Shown one piece after another: positions 1-22,790 of a stretch of DNA of 64,000 nucleotides. The translations under genes were made by a program, and so were the position numbers. The stretch lies in the NCBI GenBank assembly GCA_033442325.1, contig JAWQFM010000003.1, positions 1,486,699 to 1,550,698 of the forward strand, read 5' to 3'. This stretch comes from Salpingoeca rosetta (lineage: Eukaryota; Protista; Choanoflagellata). Within the stretch, counting starts at the first letter, position 1, and every line of letters starts with the position of its first letter. The notes beneath the pieces were generated by a model that worked only from the letters and a program-made list of their open reading frames with translations, was not told the origin of the DNA and did no database searches.

Positions 1-401
1 CTGACGCGCACGGTATAGGGAGCGCGGTAGAGGAGGTATGTGACGGCGCGATTAATGAGTGGGCTAAAATGTAAGGCCTGTATAGCGGCAGGCAACATCA
101 AACGCGACACTATAGCGATCGTCAATGTCCATTGTGGATCCATTGGCGGTAGAGGATACGATGCACATTGCTTGTTCACTATCGTGATCCGTCAACCGTA
201 GACTGTGATGTAAACAATATATGAAGATGGTCGAGATAGCTGATGTTTTTTTCCACGCGAGATATGTAGTGCACATCTGGGTACTTAACTGAATCTGTAG
301 GATAAGACAAAAGGTATACGCGCCTTTCGAGAATGACGCTATCCATCATAGGGCTCCAGTCGGAGCATTGGTATAGAAGAAAATTAGACCTAATGAAATA
401 G

Positions 402-501
402 NNNNNNNNNNNNNNNNNNNNNNNNNNNNNNNNNNNNNNNNNNNNNNNNNNNNNNNNNNNNNNNNNNNNNNNNNNNNNNNNNNNNNNNNNNNNNNNNNNN
501 N
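402..501. other. Assembly gap (100 N)
   Basis: Run of n in the sequence. Confidence 1.
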
Positions 502-759
502 AACAACATACACAGTCACACACACAACAGCACGGCGTGTGCAACTAAAAAGGGGTGCGTGCCTGGATAGTGGATGCAGTGTGAAATGACGTCAAGGGCT
601 GGTTGACCTCAAAGTTGAACGACTTGCGAAATGTCTTTCGCTCCCCATTCAAAGAGCGTGTAGCTCACGGCACAGAGTAACCTGATGCGTTGAAACGCGC
701 CCATGTTGCGTGTCGCATCACGAGCATGCCCCACGCCCACACAGACACTCGCACACACG

Positions 760-801
<42 letters not shown>

Positions 802-981
802 CATGCTTTTCACTGTACACTGTGGCACCAAGGCGAGGAGCACATGCTTCGACAAGCATGATTCAGCCACTTGCATCTCACGTTCTACTTCATTGCCTGC
901 TGCACCGCCGCCACCACCGCCACCACCCCATCAACCACCCTACTCACCACCACAATCATTTACCAATTGTCCTGCTTGCAG

Positions 982-1092
982 CGGGTGACGCTTCGCTTCA
1001 TCGCCACACGGAGCGGGCTTGTCTCCTGTGTTGGTCTCTCCCTCGTCGACGTCGCAAACTCGCGCTCGTTCGTCGTCCAAACCCCATTCCAG
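982..1092 (+). CDS. Probable internal or near-terminal exon, weakly like the TRAPPC13/Trs65 C-terminal beta domain
   Basis: ttgcag|...|gtcggc boundaries, 111 bp, phase 0, RVTLRFIATRSGLVSCVGLSLVDVANSRSFVVQTPFQ. The family resemblance is from memory only and upstream exons were not identified. Confidence 0.3.
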
Positions 1093-1547
1093 GTCGGCTG
1101 TGGTTGGTGGTGGTGGTGGTGGTGGTGGTGGTGCATGTGCAAATGTGTGCAAACAATTGCCCTTTCAGTTGTGGTGGCCGTAAAAACGGTGATGGTGCTT
1201 GGTGGGTTCGCTGCGATGAGGAGTGTGCTGGTTCGCCAATGTGCTGCGGACGGCCACACGTCATCCATACCCTCACTGTCTGACGTTGACGCTTCTATGA
1301 CTTGCATACGTACTTGTGTGACAACAGGTTGTTGCAAATCGACAATGACATGACATGACATGACATGACATGACACGGTGCAATGCTGGATCAATATACA
1401 TGCAAACGCCAGCGATCATCGAATGTCAATCTACTTCTCTACAGCCATCAATCACACTCTGTCCCTCAGTGAGAGATAGGGAGACGGAGAGACAGTTTGT
1501 GTATGGGTGTGTGCATGCGTGTGTGTGTGTGTGTGTGCATGTGTGCG

Positions 1548-4471
<2,924 letters not shown>

Positions 4472-4754
4472 CCCTTCTTCTTTGTTGTCTCCTTCTTGTC
4501 TTGTTGTGTTGTTTTTGTGCTTTTCTTTCTTGCTTGCTTGCCAACGCTGTAGCCAGCAGCCACTTTTCTTCTTTCAGGTGGTTGATGTTTGTGGACACTC
4601 ACTCCCACGCACACGCACACACATACATCCGCTACAACATGCGCAGGCAGCCAATGCAGTGACTGCAACTCATGTCCACAACAGCGAATCACCACGCACC
4701 AACGGCACTGCGCATCGGAGCCAACGCACAAATCAACCAACAGCAGCGGTGCCA

Positions 4755-5651
4755 TTAGCGCCGCCAGATCTTGAGCATCTTGTCTGCGCCGCCGCTGGCC
4801 ACAATCGAGCCAGTTGGGCACCAGTCCACAGCAAACACAGAGCCCTCGTGGCCAGGCAGGTCTCGCGACAGCTTTGTGTCTTTCGTCTGCCACAGCTTGA
4901 GCGTGCTGTCCTCGCTTGCCGTGATGAACATGCGCGAGTCTGGCGCCCACGCGCACCGGAAGACCGGTCCGACATGCCCACGCAGCGTGGCAACAAACTC
5001 GCCCTTGCGGTTCCACACGCGGGCAGAGCGGTCAAACGCACAGCTGACGATCCAGCGCCCGTCTGGGCTGAACTTTGCGTAGTTGACGGGTCGCTGGTGG
5101 CCAGTCATGCGGCAGATGGGCTTCTTGCTCTTGCTCGGCTCCCAAAGGAACAGCGTGTGGTCCTGCATTGGTGTGCGCACGTGAGTCAGTGTGTGTGAGT
5201 GTCAGTATGTCAGTGTGTCAGTGTGTGTGCGTGTGTGCGTGCGTGAGTGAGGAGTGGGTGAGTGAGAGAGGGAGAACGGGGACACGAGTGACACAGAAGG
5301 GGACAGAGTGAGTGAGTTGGGAGAGAGAGAGAGTGTGTGTATACAAATGTGTGTAGGTGTGTTGATGAAGCAAGAGATGTGTTGGCAAGTGTCTTCACCT
5401 CGCTGGCGGAGACCATGAGTTCCTTCTGTCCTTTTGCTTCGTTGTACCGCTTGAGACTCGTCTCCGTGATGTCGCCCTCTGTAGCGAAACACCATCATCA
5501 CACATACGCACGCACGCGATAATGAGACATAGCCGTGCTTTTTCACTTGACAGACAGGCAGAGGCCGGCTAGAGAACATGCTGCAAAGAGACAAGCGGAC
5601 GGACAGACGGACGGACAGACAGTCAGACACACACACACACACACACAACAC

Positions 5652-5697
<46 letters not shown>

Positions 5698-7230
5698 CAC
5701 CGATGACGCCACGCTCGTTGAAGGCGCCCGTCCTGAGGGCGTGGTCTGTGCTGAGAGAAAGGCAGTTCACCCAATGCGCATGACCCTGAAGGATACACAG
5801 TGGCATGAACAGGGCGCGGGTGAGTGATACAGCGCAACACACAGTGAGTGGGTGGGTGTTCGTGTGTTCGTGTGTGCGTGTGTGTGTGTGTGTGACTGTG
5901 ATGTTGTTGTGTTGAAGAGATCGAACCTTCATGGACCATGCCATTGCTCCGTCGTGTGCCCGCCACGCTTTGATGGTGGTGTCCTGCGATGCCGTGTAGA
6001 TCATGCCTTCACCGCCCCACACAACGCACTTGACTGCCTTGGTGTGCTGCGACAGCGTCATCAGGCATCGCCCAACAGACACATCCCATATCTTCACCGT
6101 GCCATCCTGCAACACCAACAGTGTTGGTGCGGGGAGGGCGAGAGGTGACAAGTGCAATGCATGGTGTGAGTGTGAATGTGGGTGTGAATGTGGGTGTGAA
6201 TGTGGGTGTGAATGTGGGTGTGAATGTGGGTGTGAATGTGGGTGTGAATGTGAGTGTGAATGTGGGTATGTATGTGCATGTTGCTTGCGGAGCTCAGGGG
6301 CAAATCGCAGAGCACCGCATGTCACAGTCCCCCGCATCTCACCGCTGACGCTGATGCAAGCCGTGTGGAGACTTTGTGTTTCGACCTGGTAATGTGTGCA
6401 TGTGCGGGTCGAATGTGAGAAAGCGTTGACAGGTCAGAGACGCCGACAGCGGTGCCAGAACTTCACATCTCCCACTCACCCTCCTCAATGACAACAGCGA
6501 GCGACTGTTCTTACGTGTGCATTGGCTCCCACGACAGCCATGTGACGTATTTCCTGTGCCCCTTCAGCGGTGCGCAGGCGGGCGATGCGCGATCTGCTTT
6601 CCACACGCGAATCTACAACACACACACATGTACATGCACACACATGCACACACATGCACACATACACACACACGCACAAGTGAGTGTGGATAGTTGTGGT
6701 CTGCGTGTTGGTCCCATCAGTCATCGTACAGCAGCGTACAGTTGGGCAATACAGGCAGCAGCAATGTGCCAGGCGTCGGTACCTCGCAGTCGCGGCTGCC
6801 GGACGCAAGCAGCTGTGAATCGGGCGACCATGCCACACACTGCACCCAGCTCTTGTGTCCTGCACAGGTGTAGACCACATGTGCATGAAATCAGTGTCAT
6901 GCATCGTCAACGCAGCCACTGAGACGGGTTCAAGACAAAACACGTGCATTCTCATCTCCACCACACTGGTCTCGTTGAGGGTGAGCCCTCCTGCACTCTT
7001 CCTCAGTGCTCCATCGCAGCCGCACCTTTGCATGTCTTGCGTGGTGTTGCTGTGAACACATCCCAGAAACGGACGGTTTGGTCACCACTGCCGCTCGCGA
7101 GCGAGTTGCCATCGGGACTGAATGCCACATCGACAATGTTGTCCGCATGCCCTGCAAGATGGCTTGTGATGAGTGCCGCGCCAGTTATTTGCAAGAACAC
7201 ACGAGTACAAGCACAGACAGACAGACAGAT

Positions 7231-7271
<41 letters not shown>

Positions 7272-7316
7272 CACACACACACACACGCAAACACACGCAA
7301 ACACACGCAAACACAC

Positions 7317-7359
<43 letters not shown>

Positions 7360-8052
7360 AACACACACACACACACAAACGCACACACACACACACAACT
7401 CTACACCTCCCTCTCCCTCTCCTGCTGCTGTCCGATCTTGCATGTTGTTCCCATACCTGGAATGGTGCCGCTGCATTGCGAGATACCGGCAACACGGAAG
7501 ACAGCCTGGGGCTGATACACGACTCGAACCACTTCCTCAGAGGATACACCGGTTGTGTTCATGATGTCAAGAATGTCGGTTGTGATCTCCTTGTCCTTGA
7601 CATAGAATGCATACGGCGCTGGATCCTCCTACGCCATGATCAGGTGGTTGCGTTGTATCGTGTAAGTATGTGCGGCAAACAACGGTGAGCGAGAGCAATC
7701 AGGGCAGGGCTTTCTGCAGGTGAAGGTAGCAAGGGTGTGGTCTTCATGTGTCATGCGCAGGCGGGCCAATGTGCAGCATATGTGGGAGTGTGCTGCGAGC
7801 AGGGCTGGAAGGACGCGTCGCACCTCTTCGAGGATCTCGTTGCACAGCATTTGGAGCTGTGCTGGTGTGGTCTCTGATGACAACTCGATTGGCTGACATG
7901 CTTCCTCTCCTTCCTCATTCACAAGCTGTACCAGCACTCGCACATGCTCGTGTTTCCTGTCGCGTGGCGAGGAGAATGCGTTGAGCGTGTGTGCACAAGG
8001 AGTGAGGAGGAAGGTGCCATATGTGTGTGTGTGTGTGCGCAACTTATGTGCG

Positions 8053-8115
<63 letters not shown>

Positions 8116-8182
8116 ACAGTTGGCTAACTTACTTTTCCTCCTCCAGCTTGGCCTGGAGCTTGGCCTTCTTGTACGACGCCAT
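4755..8182 (-). CDS. NLE1: Notchless / Rsa4 WD40 ribosome assembly factor (multi-exon)
   Basis: Spliced exons give the NLE domain ([31 protein letters not shown]) followed by WD40 repeats ([64 protein letters not shown]...KIWRR*). Introns are GT-AG. Confidence 0.95.
6170..6266. repeat. 12-bp tandem repeat (GTGTGAATGTGG)n in an NLE1 intron
   Basis: About 8 near-identical units are visible. Confidence 0.9.
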
Positions 8183-8412
8183 GTCTCTCGCGCGCGTGTG
8201 TGTGTGTTCGGTGTTGGTGTGTCCTGTTTGCGTTTGTGTTTGCATACACGTGGGTTGCAGCTTTTAATCGCGCATCGAATCATGACCTAAATTATCAAAT
8301 TGACGACAGCGATGCCGTGCATGCACACAGACACACAGAGACGCATGCACACAGACACACAGACACACAGACACACACAGACAGACACACAGACACACAC
8401 ACAGACAGACCA

Positions 8413-9584
8413 TCAGTTCAGGGAGGCAATCTTGGCACGCATGTGCTTGATGGTGGCTGTGGTGCGTTTGTTGAGGGGCACGTTGTGCCTGAGTGCGCAT
8501 GCCCACATGGCATCAAACACAGCCAGGGCCTCAGCAGCCGCACGTGCACCCGAATCAGTGGCATCATCGTCCCCTCCTTCTCTTTCAATCCTAGTTCTAT
8601 CTTCTCCCAAATGTGCCCCACTCTTGTGCCCAGCACACGCTTCATCGCCTTCAGTATCACCATCGCCAAAAGACCTCACCTCTTCACTTTGACCACCACC
8701 ACCACCACCATCACCAGCAGTCACCAGCCTGCGATCGTGCTCGCTCAAGCACGCGCTCAGCGCAAAGACGACCTGACCCGGTGCTGTGTCCACACCCAGC
8801 GTCTCCAGCACCTCCAGCGCAGCGCGGCCGTCCCCACGTGTCACTGCTGCCACCAGCACGTGGTGCAGGTGCTTCTGCCGCGCGGTGGCCGCCGTCAGCT
8901 GGCCGCTCTGCACAAGACCCTCCACCACCTCCTCCGCAGCAGCCGTCCTTTGCTGCGCGGCGAGTTCGCGTGCAACCACCAGGTGCACAGGCGGCGGCGC
9001 GTGGGAACCAAACGTGCGCGGGTACTCCCTGAGCAGCTGCGTGGCGGCACACACGCCATCGCCAGTCATGACAGCGCGCATCAGGGCGTGGTGCATGCGG
9101 TTGCGCGGGTCGCGGAAGTTGGCTGAGCTCAGATGCTGTGCAACCCGCAGGGCATGCGAAGACGCGCCAGCAGCAGCAAAGCAATCCAGCAGCCGCAGCC
9201 TGTCTGTCACCGTCATCTGACCCTGCTCTGTCAGCATGCCCTCCAGCTCAAGCGCACGCGCAACAGCGCCCGCCTTGCATGCCACGTGCAGCGCGGCCTT
9301 GTAGTGTGTGGCAAGCGCAAGCCCTTGCGCCTCCAGCATGGACAGGCACCGGTCCGCTACCTGTGTTGCAGCAGACCAGCGAATGCACGTGAGCGCAACA
9401 CGCGGCGCAGACTGCAGGCACACGCCGCGTAGTTCAAACGTGTCCAGCAAATTGTTCAAAGCCGGCCAATTGCGCTGCTTCGCCAAGTGCGTCACAAGGA
9501 GCAAGCCCGCTTCCTCAACACCATCACTGCTGCTGGCGACGGGTGCTGCAGATGTGCTTGGCATGCCAGTCACAGCAACAGCAC

Positions 9585-9654
<70 letters not shown>

Positions 9655-9656
9655 GC

Positions 9657-9690
<34 letters not shown>

Positions 9691-11868
9691 GCGATGACCA
9701 CGGCGCGAAGTGTCATGGCGGTGGTTTGCAGACGGGCCTGATCGTATACCACCGGCCGGTGCTGCTGTGAAAGGTGGTGACGTGGCGGGTGTATCCCCCG
9801 TTGTTTGCATGGCTGTTGATGTTCGTGCTGTGTTAGGCGAGGCTGTGTGCGTGACATTTGCGGATGCGTCACGTGGCAGGGATACGTGTTGCCTTATCCA
9901 CGCAACACCCTGTGCTCCGTTGCCGCCCTTGCCACGATACCGCAGCCGTGCACCTTGCCTGGTAGTTGCCGCAATGCTGTTGAAGTAGCGCACGCCCGCA
10001 TCGTCACGCCTGCTTGCATCACGCTGCCGCAGAATGGCGGTGAGGGTGCTCGTGTGGAACCTTGCGCCCATGTCCTGTCCGTACGCCGCAAGCAGTGGGC
10101 CAACACGCGGCACAATGTCTTCCACACGGTCGGCGGCAATGAACGCCCGCGTGAGCGTGCGCAGCGTGGATGCATCAATGACACCCTGGCTCCGTGCACC
10201 ACTGATGTCGCTGTCTTGTCCATCACCACCACCAGCACCATGGTGAACGACACAGTCAGCGGCACCACCACCACTACCACTACCACCATCAGCGTGTCGG
10301 CAAACACGACCAGCGACTCGGGGTGTTGTCGAAGCAGTCGCAGCAGCAGCAGCAGCAGGAGGAGGAGGAGCAGCAGGTGTGGTGGCGGCAGTTGTAGTAG
10401 TGGCAGCGCCATGAGCGGTGTTCAGTTCTCGCTCGAGGGCTGCAAACGTCTCCAGGGCACCGTCCACGTCGCCGTATTGCGCCTGCGCTTTGAGTGTCGC
10501 GTGCAGCAGCGTTGCGTGGTCAACGAGTGGCGGCGGGGCAGGCGGGTCGGTTGGCGCCGCCGCGTCTGCTGTGAGCCACGTGGCAAAGTCAACAAAGTCT
10601 GCCATGGTGGCGTGGGTGGCGATGCCGTCAAGTACGGCTGTCATGAAGGCGGGGGTGAGCACCAGGTCCGGGTAGATGCTCTGCCAGTCTGCAATGCGAA
10701 GCAGCAGCGCGGGAGTGGCGCTGCCCAGCTCAATGTGAGCGCACGCGCAGCTTGCCAATAGTGCTGGCGTGAGCTGCTCTTGCTGGTGCAGCTGCGTGAT
10801 GATGGCCTCTGCTTCCGCGTGCTGCCCGCGCGCCACGTAGCACCTGTACACGGCAAGTTGCAGGTGAGGGGGCCAGGACATGCCCTGCTCAAGCATGATG
10901 CGCATGAGACGCTGAACGCCGTCGAGGTGGTACGCGGCGCCACAGGTGTGGACGGCCTTGCAGAGCGCAAAGGCGTCCAAGGTAACGCCGTTTGCCATGG
11001 CCAGCATGATGGCTTTCTCCGCACCAGCAGCGTCCTGTCGTCGCTGCAGCACGCCAAGTGCGCGGTGCACGTCCTCCTTGGAGACGGGCGGGGGCACGCG
11101 GTCCGCGTGTGCAACGGCCGCAAGGAAGGCCTGGAGGGCATTTCCGCCGTTGCGATTGCTTCTTGGCCTGTTCGCTGCTGATGTGGTGTGAAAGTCTGCA
11201 TTGGCTGCGTTGTGAAGGTCTACGCTTGCTGCGACTGCCGCCTCGGCATCTGTGGTCACGAGCGGCGGTTTAGTATCCGGGGCATGCCGCAGTGGTCTGT
11301 GTGTACTGGAGACCTCGCGTTTGACATGGTCGTGTGTTAGTGTTGATGGTGGTTTTGATGGAGGTCTTGATGGAGGTCTTGGTGGCGGTGATCGATCCTT
11401 CTCTAGCTTCTGCTGCTGCTGCTGTTGTTGCTGTTGTTGCTGTTGTTCTGTGGCAATCAGTGTGGATGCTGATCGGCGATGCGACAGGTGCCGTCTGAGA
11501 ACAGAGGGGTGGCGTATGTGTCTGGTAGCTGTATCTTCACACAAGTGCTGTGTGCCTCCAAGCCAGGAGTGCTGGGTCTGTTTGGCAGGCGCAGCCCACC
11601 CACTGCCGCGTTCGCCATGCCACCTCCCGCCACGGCACAGGCACACGTGGGGCAGTGGGCGCTGTGTGGGGTGGGCGCGAGCAGCTGCGCGTGGCTGCTC
11701 CGGCGTTGCTTCGTGCCTCCACCCCGTGTGCAGCACGTACCCTTCTCCTACTCCTCCTCCTATTTCAACACGACCGCCAACACTGCTTCCAACACTGCTA
11801 CTCCTGCTGCTGCTTCCACAGCACGCACGCTGCTGCCGCCTCAACCCACACCACCGCCGCCAAGCCAT
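8413..11868 (-). CDS. Intronless pentatricopeptide-repeat-like protein, probably mitochondrial
   Basis: 1151-aa ORF with an Arg-rich N-terminus lacking acidic residues. It has PPR-like helical repeats (LLHATLKAQAQYGDVDGALETF, YKAALHVACKAGAVARALELEGMLTEQG) and polyQ/polyN tracts. Confidence 0.75.
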
Positions 11869-12006
11869 ATCCAGTGCCTAAAATTTATGGTGTCGTCAAC
11901 AGATTCACAAGTTTGCAACGAAAAGACAAGCACGCTGCCAAGCCAGGTGTTGTGTGTGGCGTTGCGTTGTTGTGTGGTTGGTGGAGCCCCGAGACAGGCA
12001 GCAGCG

Positions 12007-18845
<6,839 letters not shown>

Positions 18846-19275
18846 CGATCAATCTCTGGTCGTGGTTGGTGAAAATTATGAACATGTTTCAACACATTTC
18901 TACGCTGACACCAACAAGCAAGCAAAGACGAGCAACAGCGGTTATTTGGGTTTGCACCACCACCACCACCCCCGATCAGCAGCACCAACCAAGACAAGGC
19001 CGCATCAACGCGAAAGCCAGGCGAGGAGTACACGAACCATCATCGGCTTCCCTTTCCACGAATATCTCTTCCCTTTGGTACCACTCCCCGTCCCTGCTTT
19101 TCTCTCTTTCTCGTTCTCTCGCCTCTGGCGTTGGCATAGAGCAAAGCAGAAGCACGCCTCCCGTTGAGCTGTGCAAGGACAAGCAACCCACTCAACAAGA
19201 AGACAGGAGGAAGAAGAAGCAAAACGGGGACGTAGTCCTGCATCAGGATCAGATTGAAAAGACGGACAAGCAGAC

Positions 19276-19430
19276 ATGTCGTCACAGGACACCACGCGAC
19301 AGCTCTTCACGGAGATTGGCTGTCTTGAGCATCCGTTCATGAAAGTAAGGACATGAGAGAGAGAGAGCGTGTGTGTGTGTGTGTGTGCGGCGGTTTGCGT
19401 GTGTGCGTGTGTGTGTGCGTGCGTGCGTGC

Positions 19431-19462
<32 letters not shown>

Positions 19463-21922
19463 GTGTACACGAGATCTGGTTTGCTTCCTTCGATTCACAG
19501 GGGTACAACAACGCCGCTTTCACCTTGACAGGCTTCTGTGGACGAGGTGGTGCGCGTGTCAAAGAGCTGTCAGAAACTCATCGACACGGAGATGGTCAGC
19601 ATAATCAAGGCCTTTGACGAGCTCGCCGGCTCCTCTGACGTCTCTGCAGCTGTCGTGGACGCCAGGCTAGCAGCAATGCAGACCCAAATTGAACAACTCG
19701 AGGACCAGGTGTGTTGTGTGTTTGTGTGTGTTTTGGACTTGGTGTCCACATCGTGCACGACAATGTGCCCTGATTTTTGGTGTAATCTGACACCTGTTCC
19801 TCGTTCCCCCTTCTGCTTAACTCGCCTTCAATCCCGTCCCTTCCCTGCTCAACTCAACATCATCTCGCTCCACCCACCAGATGCAAGAGATCCGGCAAGC
19901 CGAGAGTGAAGTGTTTGAAATGTGCGCTGCTCGTGTGCAACATCTCCAAAACGCCGAGACAATGAGGTGCGACAGCATGGTGCACCATCGGTGATGGGGA
20001 TTGTCATGAATGTTGCCGCATCGGTGTTGCACAACCTTATCCATCACACGCTCGTGTTGCGACGTGGAAGCATGTGTTCGCGTGGGTTCACGATTCACAC
20101 GGCTTTTGTGGCGCCGTGTGTGTCGCCATCATCCACCTTTTCTCTCACCCTTCTCACCATCACGTCTCAACATCTCCGGCCTTGCATGTCCATCCCACAA
20201 CGCAATCCTGTGGCAGTGCGGACCTGTGGAAGCAGCTGCGCGTCAACCGCTTTCTCGCCGACTATCTCCTCCGTAATGGCCTGTACGACACGGCGGAGAA
20301 GCTTGCTGCCGTCCCCGCGCTGGCGTCCCTCATCAACGTCCCCCTCTTCCAAGAGGTGCGTGCGTTGGAGCAGCACATCCGCAACCGCGAGTTTGAGCCC
20401 GTGTTGGTGTGGCACGCGCGCCACGAGCAGCGGCTGCGGCGACTGGGCAGCACCCTCCTCTTCAAGCTGGAGCTGCAGGTCTTCATCGAGGTGCGATATG
20501 CTGTGCTGGGTCGCGCTGGGCTGTGTGTGTGTGTTTGAATGTGTGTGTGTGTGTTTGAATGTGTGTGTGTGTGTTTGAATGTGTGTGTGTGTGTTTGAAT
20601 GTGTGTGTGTGTGTTTGAATGTGTGTGTATGTGTGTGTGTGTTTGAATGTGTGTGTGTGTATGTGTGTGTGTATGTGTGTGTGTGTGTTGTGTGTGTATG
20701 TGTGTTTTGTTCGCATAATGGTTAGAACTCCACCGTTTCCCTTTGAGCAGCCTCACGTCTTTGACAAATCCTACACCCTCCTGCTGGTCCTGCTGGTCCT
20801 GCTACTTCGGCTGTCGTCCCTCATTTCACAGTTGATACGCAAGGACGAGCGGGCAGAGGCACTCGCGTACGCGCGCACTGCATTCCCAAAACACGCCCAG
20901 CAGGTACGTGTTGTGTTGCTCGTTGGGTGTGTGGTTGTTGCGAATCAGCGCTCACACGTTTCCCTGAACTGTGTTGGTTTCACCTTCACCTTCATTGCCA
21001 TCGTCCAGCACATGGACACAATCAACAAGGCAGTCGGCGTGCTCGTGTTTCCTCAGCAACACGCATCGCAGGTACGCACGTGCACGTTCACGACACGGCG
21101 ACAGCAGTGGAGTGACTGAATGCTTCCTTTTGGATTGTTTTATCCGCACTGTTTCTTCGCCTTTGACAAACGCACACCACACCACATTTCCGCATTTACA
21201 CACACACACACACGCACACACACGCACACATACACATTATGCACGTGTGCATTCACACGCGTGTGCAGGAGTTGCTATCGGAAGAACGGCTTGAGGACTT
21301 GGTGCAGCAGCTGCGACGCAACAACTTTGCACTGCACAGCCTCACCGCCCAGTCTGTGTTTGACGCCACGCTGCAAATTGGCGTTTCCGCCTTCAAAACC
21401 GTGCACTGCGGCAACCCAAACACAGCGCTCTCCACCTGCCCCGTGCGTACGGCTCGCGTGTCACCTTGCATCTTGTGCGTGTGTGTGCGTGTGCGCATGT
21501 GCGTGTGCGCGTGTGTGTGCATGCTGTTGTTGTTGGCGGTGTTGAGTGTGCATCATCAGCGTGGCTCATTCACGCTCACTCCCATACGCACACTCACTCC
21601 CATACGCACACTCACTCCCATACGCACACATACACATTCACGCATTGACACGCATGCATGCACAGACGTGCAGCAAAGACATGCAGCCGCTGGCAGCGAA
21701 GATGCCGTATTCGGTGCAGACGACGTCCAAGCTGTATTGCCGCATCAGCAATGCCAGGATGGACGAGCACAACCCGCCCTACATGCTTCCAAACGGCCAG
21801 GTCTACTCGGAACAGGTGCGCCCCGCGTTTTTGCGCTCTTGAGGCAGTTTGGGTTGTACTGGTGTTGTGCTGCGTGGTGGGTTTGAGAGGGGGGGGGGAG
21901 TTGTGGCTTGCTCGCTTGCTGT

Positions 21923-22007
<85 letters not shown>

Positions 22008-22136
22008 TCATGCATTGCTTACATGAACATGATTTAGGCGTTGCGGAGCATGCAGGAAACCAACGGCCACATCACGTGTCCAGAGACGCACAACACGTTC
22101 CACATGAGTGAATGCAAGCGCGTGTACATTGTGTGA
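19276..22136 (+). CDS. MAEA: MAEA/Gid9 subunit of the CTLH/GID E3 ligase (multi-exon)
   Basis: MSSQ...LEHPFMK|ASVDEVVRVSKSCQKLIDTE, then LisH (NRFLADYLLRNGLYDTA), CTLH (LLFKLELQVFIELIR) and RING-like (CRISNARMDEHNPPYMLPNGQVYS...ITCPET...KRVYIV*) segments. Confidence 0.92.
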
Positions 22137-22790
22137 TGGTGTGCCCAGTGCATGCACCAACGCATCGCATGATTGATCGACCCATTGTAGTTTCTCTTCC
22201 TCATCTCGCCATTGTTTGTTACCCATAGCCCGCCACGCTCACCCCCTCTCTTTCTCACTGTAATAAACGAACGAGTGCAAACCTTGAGCGTGTTACGTGT
22301 ATTGCCATGTGTGCATCAAAGCAACGGAAGCTACGACGATGACAATGCAGACACACACACACAAGTGGCAGAGATGAACCAATCCTCTCCACACCACACC
22401 ACATCACACAACATGCAACAGCAGGATAGAACACACAAGGCGGACATTAAACTCGTATGTATGACAGAAGCATTGAGACCAACGAAAAACACAGCTGTCG
22501 TGTGGCGCTGATGCACAAACGCGCAATCACATCACACCACATCATGGGCACACTCATGGCTCCTTCCTTCAGGGGGGAGGGGACACATTACACAACTCAA
22601 CACGCACATCACACCATCACACATAACAGGGGCATGTGTGTCCAGCTACCAGGCAGCCCTATCCCATTTCTCGGTCACATCTTGCCTCCACCAATCCACC
22701 GCAACACAAACGCGTCACACGCGTCCAACGCGGCCAACGCATCAAACGCATACCTGCAATTGCACAAGCGCGCACGAGTGCGAACGTGCC

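Noticed and set aside
575-700. Possible exon after the first gap
   Set aside because: Several short frames are open on both strands, but none has a recognisable product or a consistent splice chain.
20534-21628. 20-bp (TTTGAATGTGTG...) and 18-bp (CACTCACTCCCATACGCA) tandem repeats as a CRISPR-like array
   Set aside because: They are head-to-tail intronic minisatellites with no unique spacers and no cas genes.
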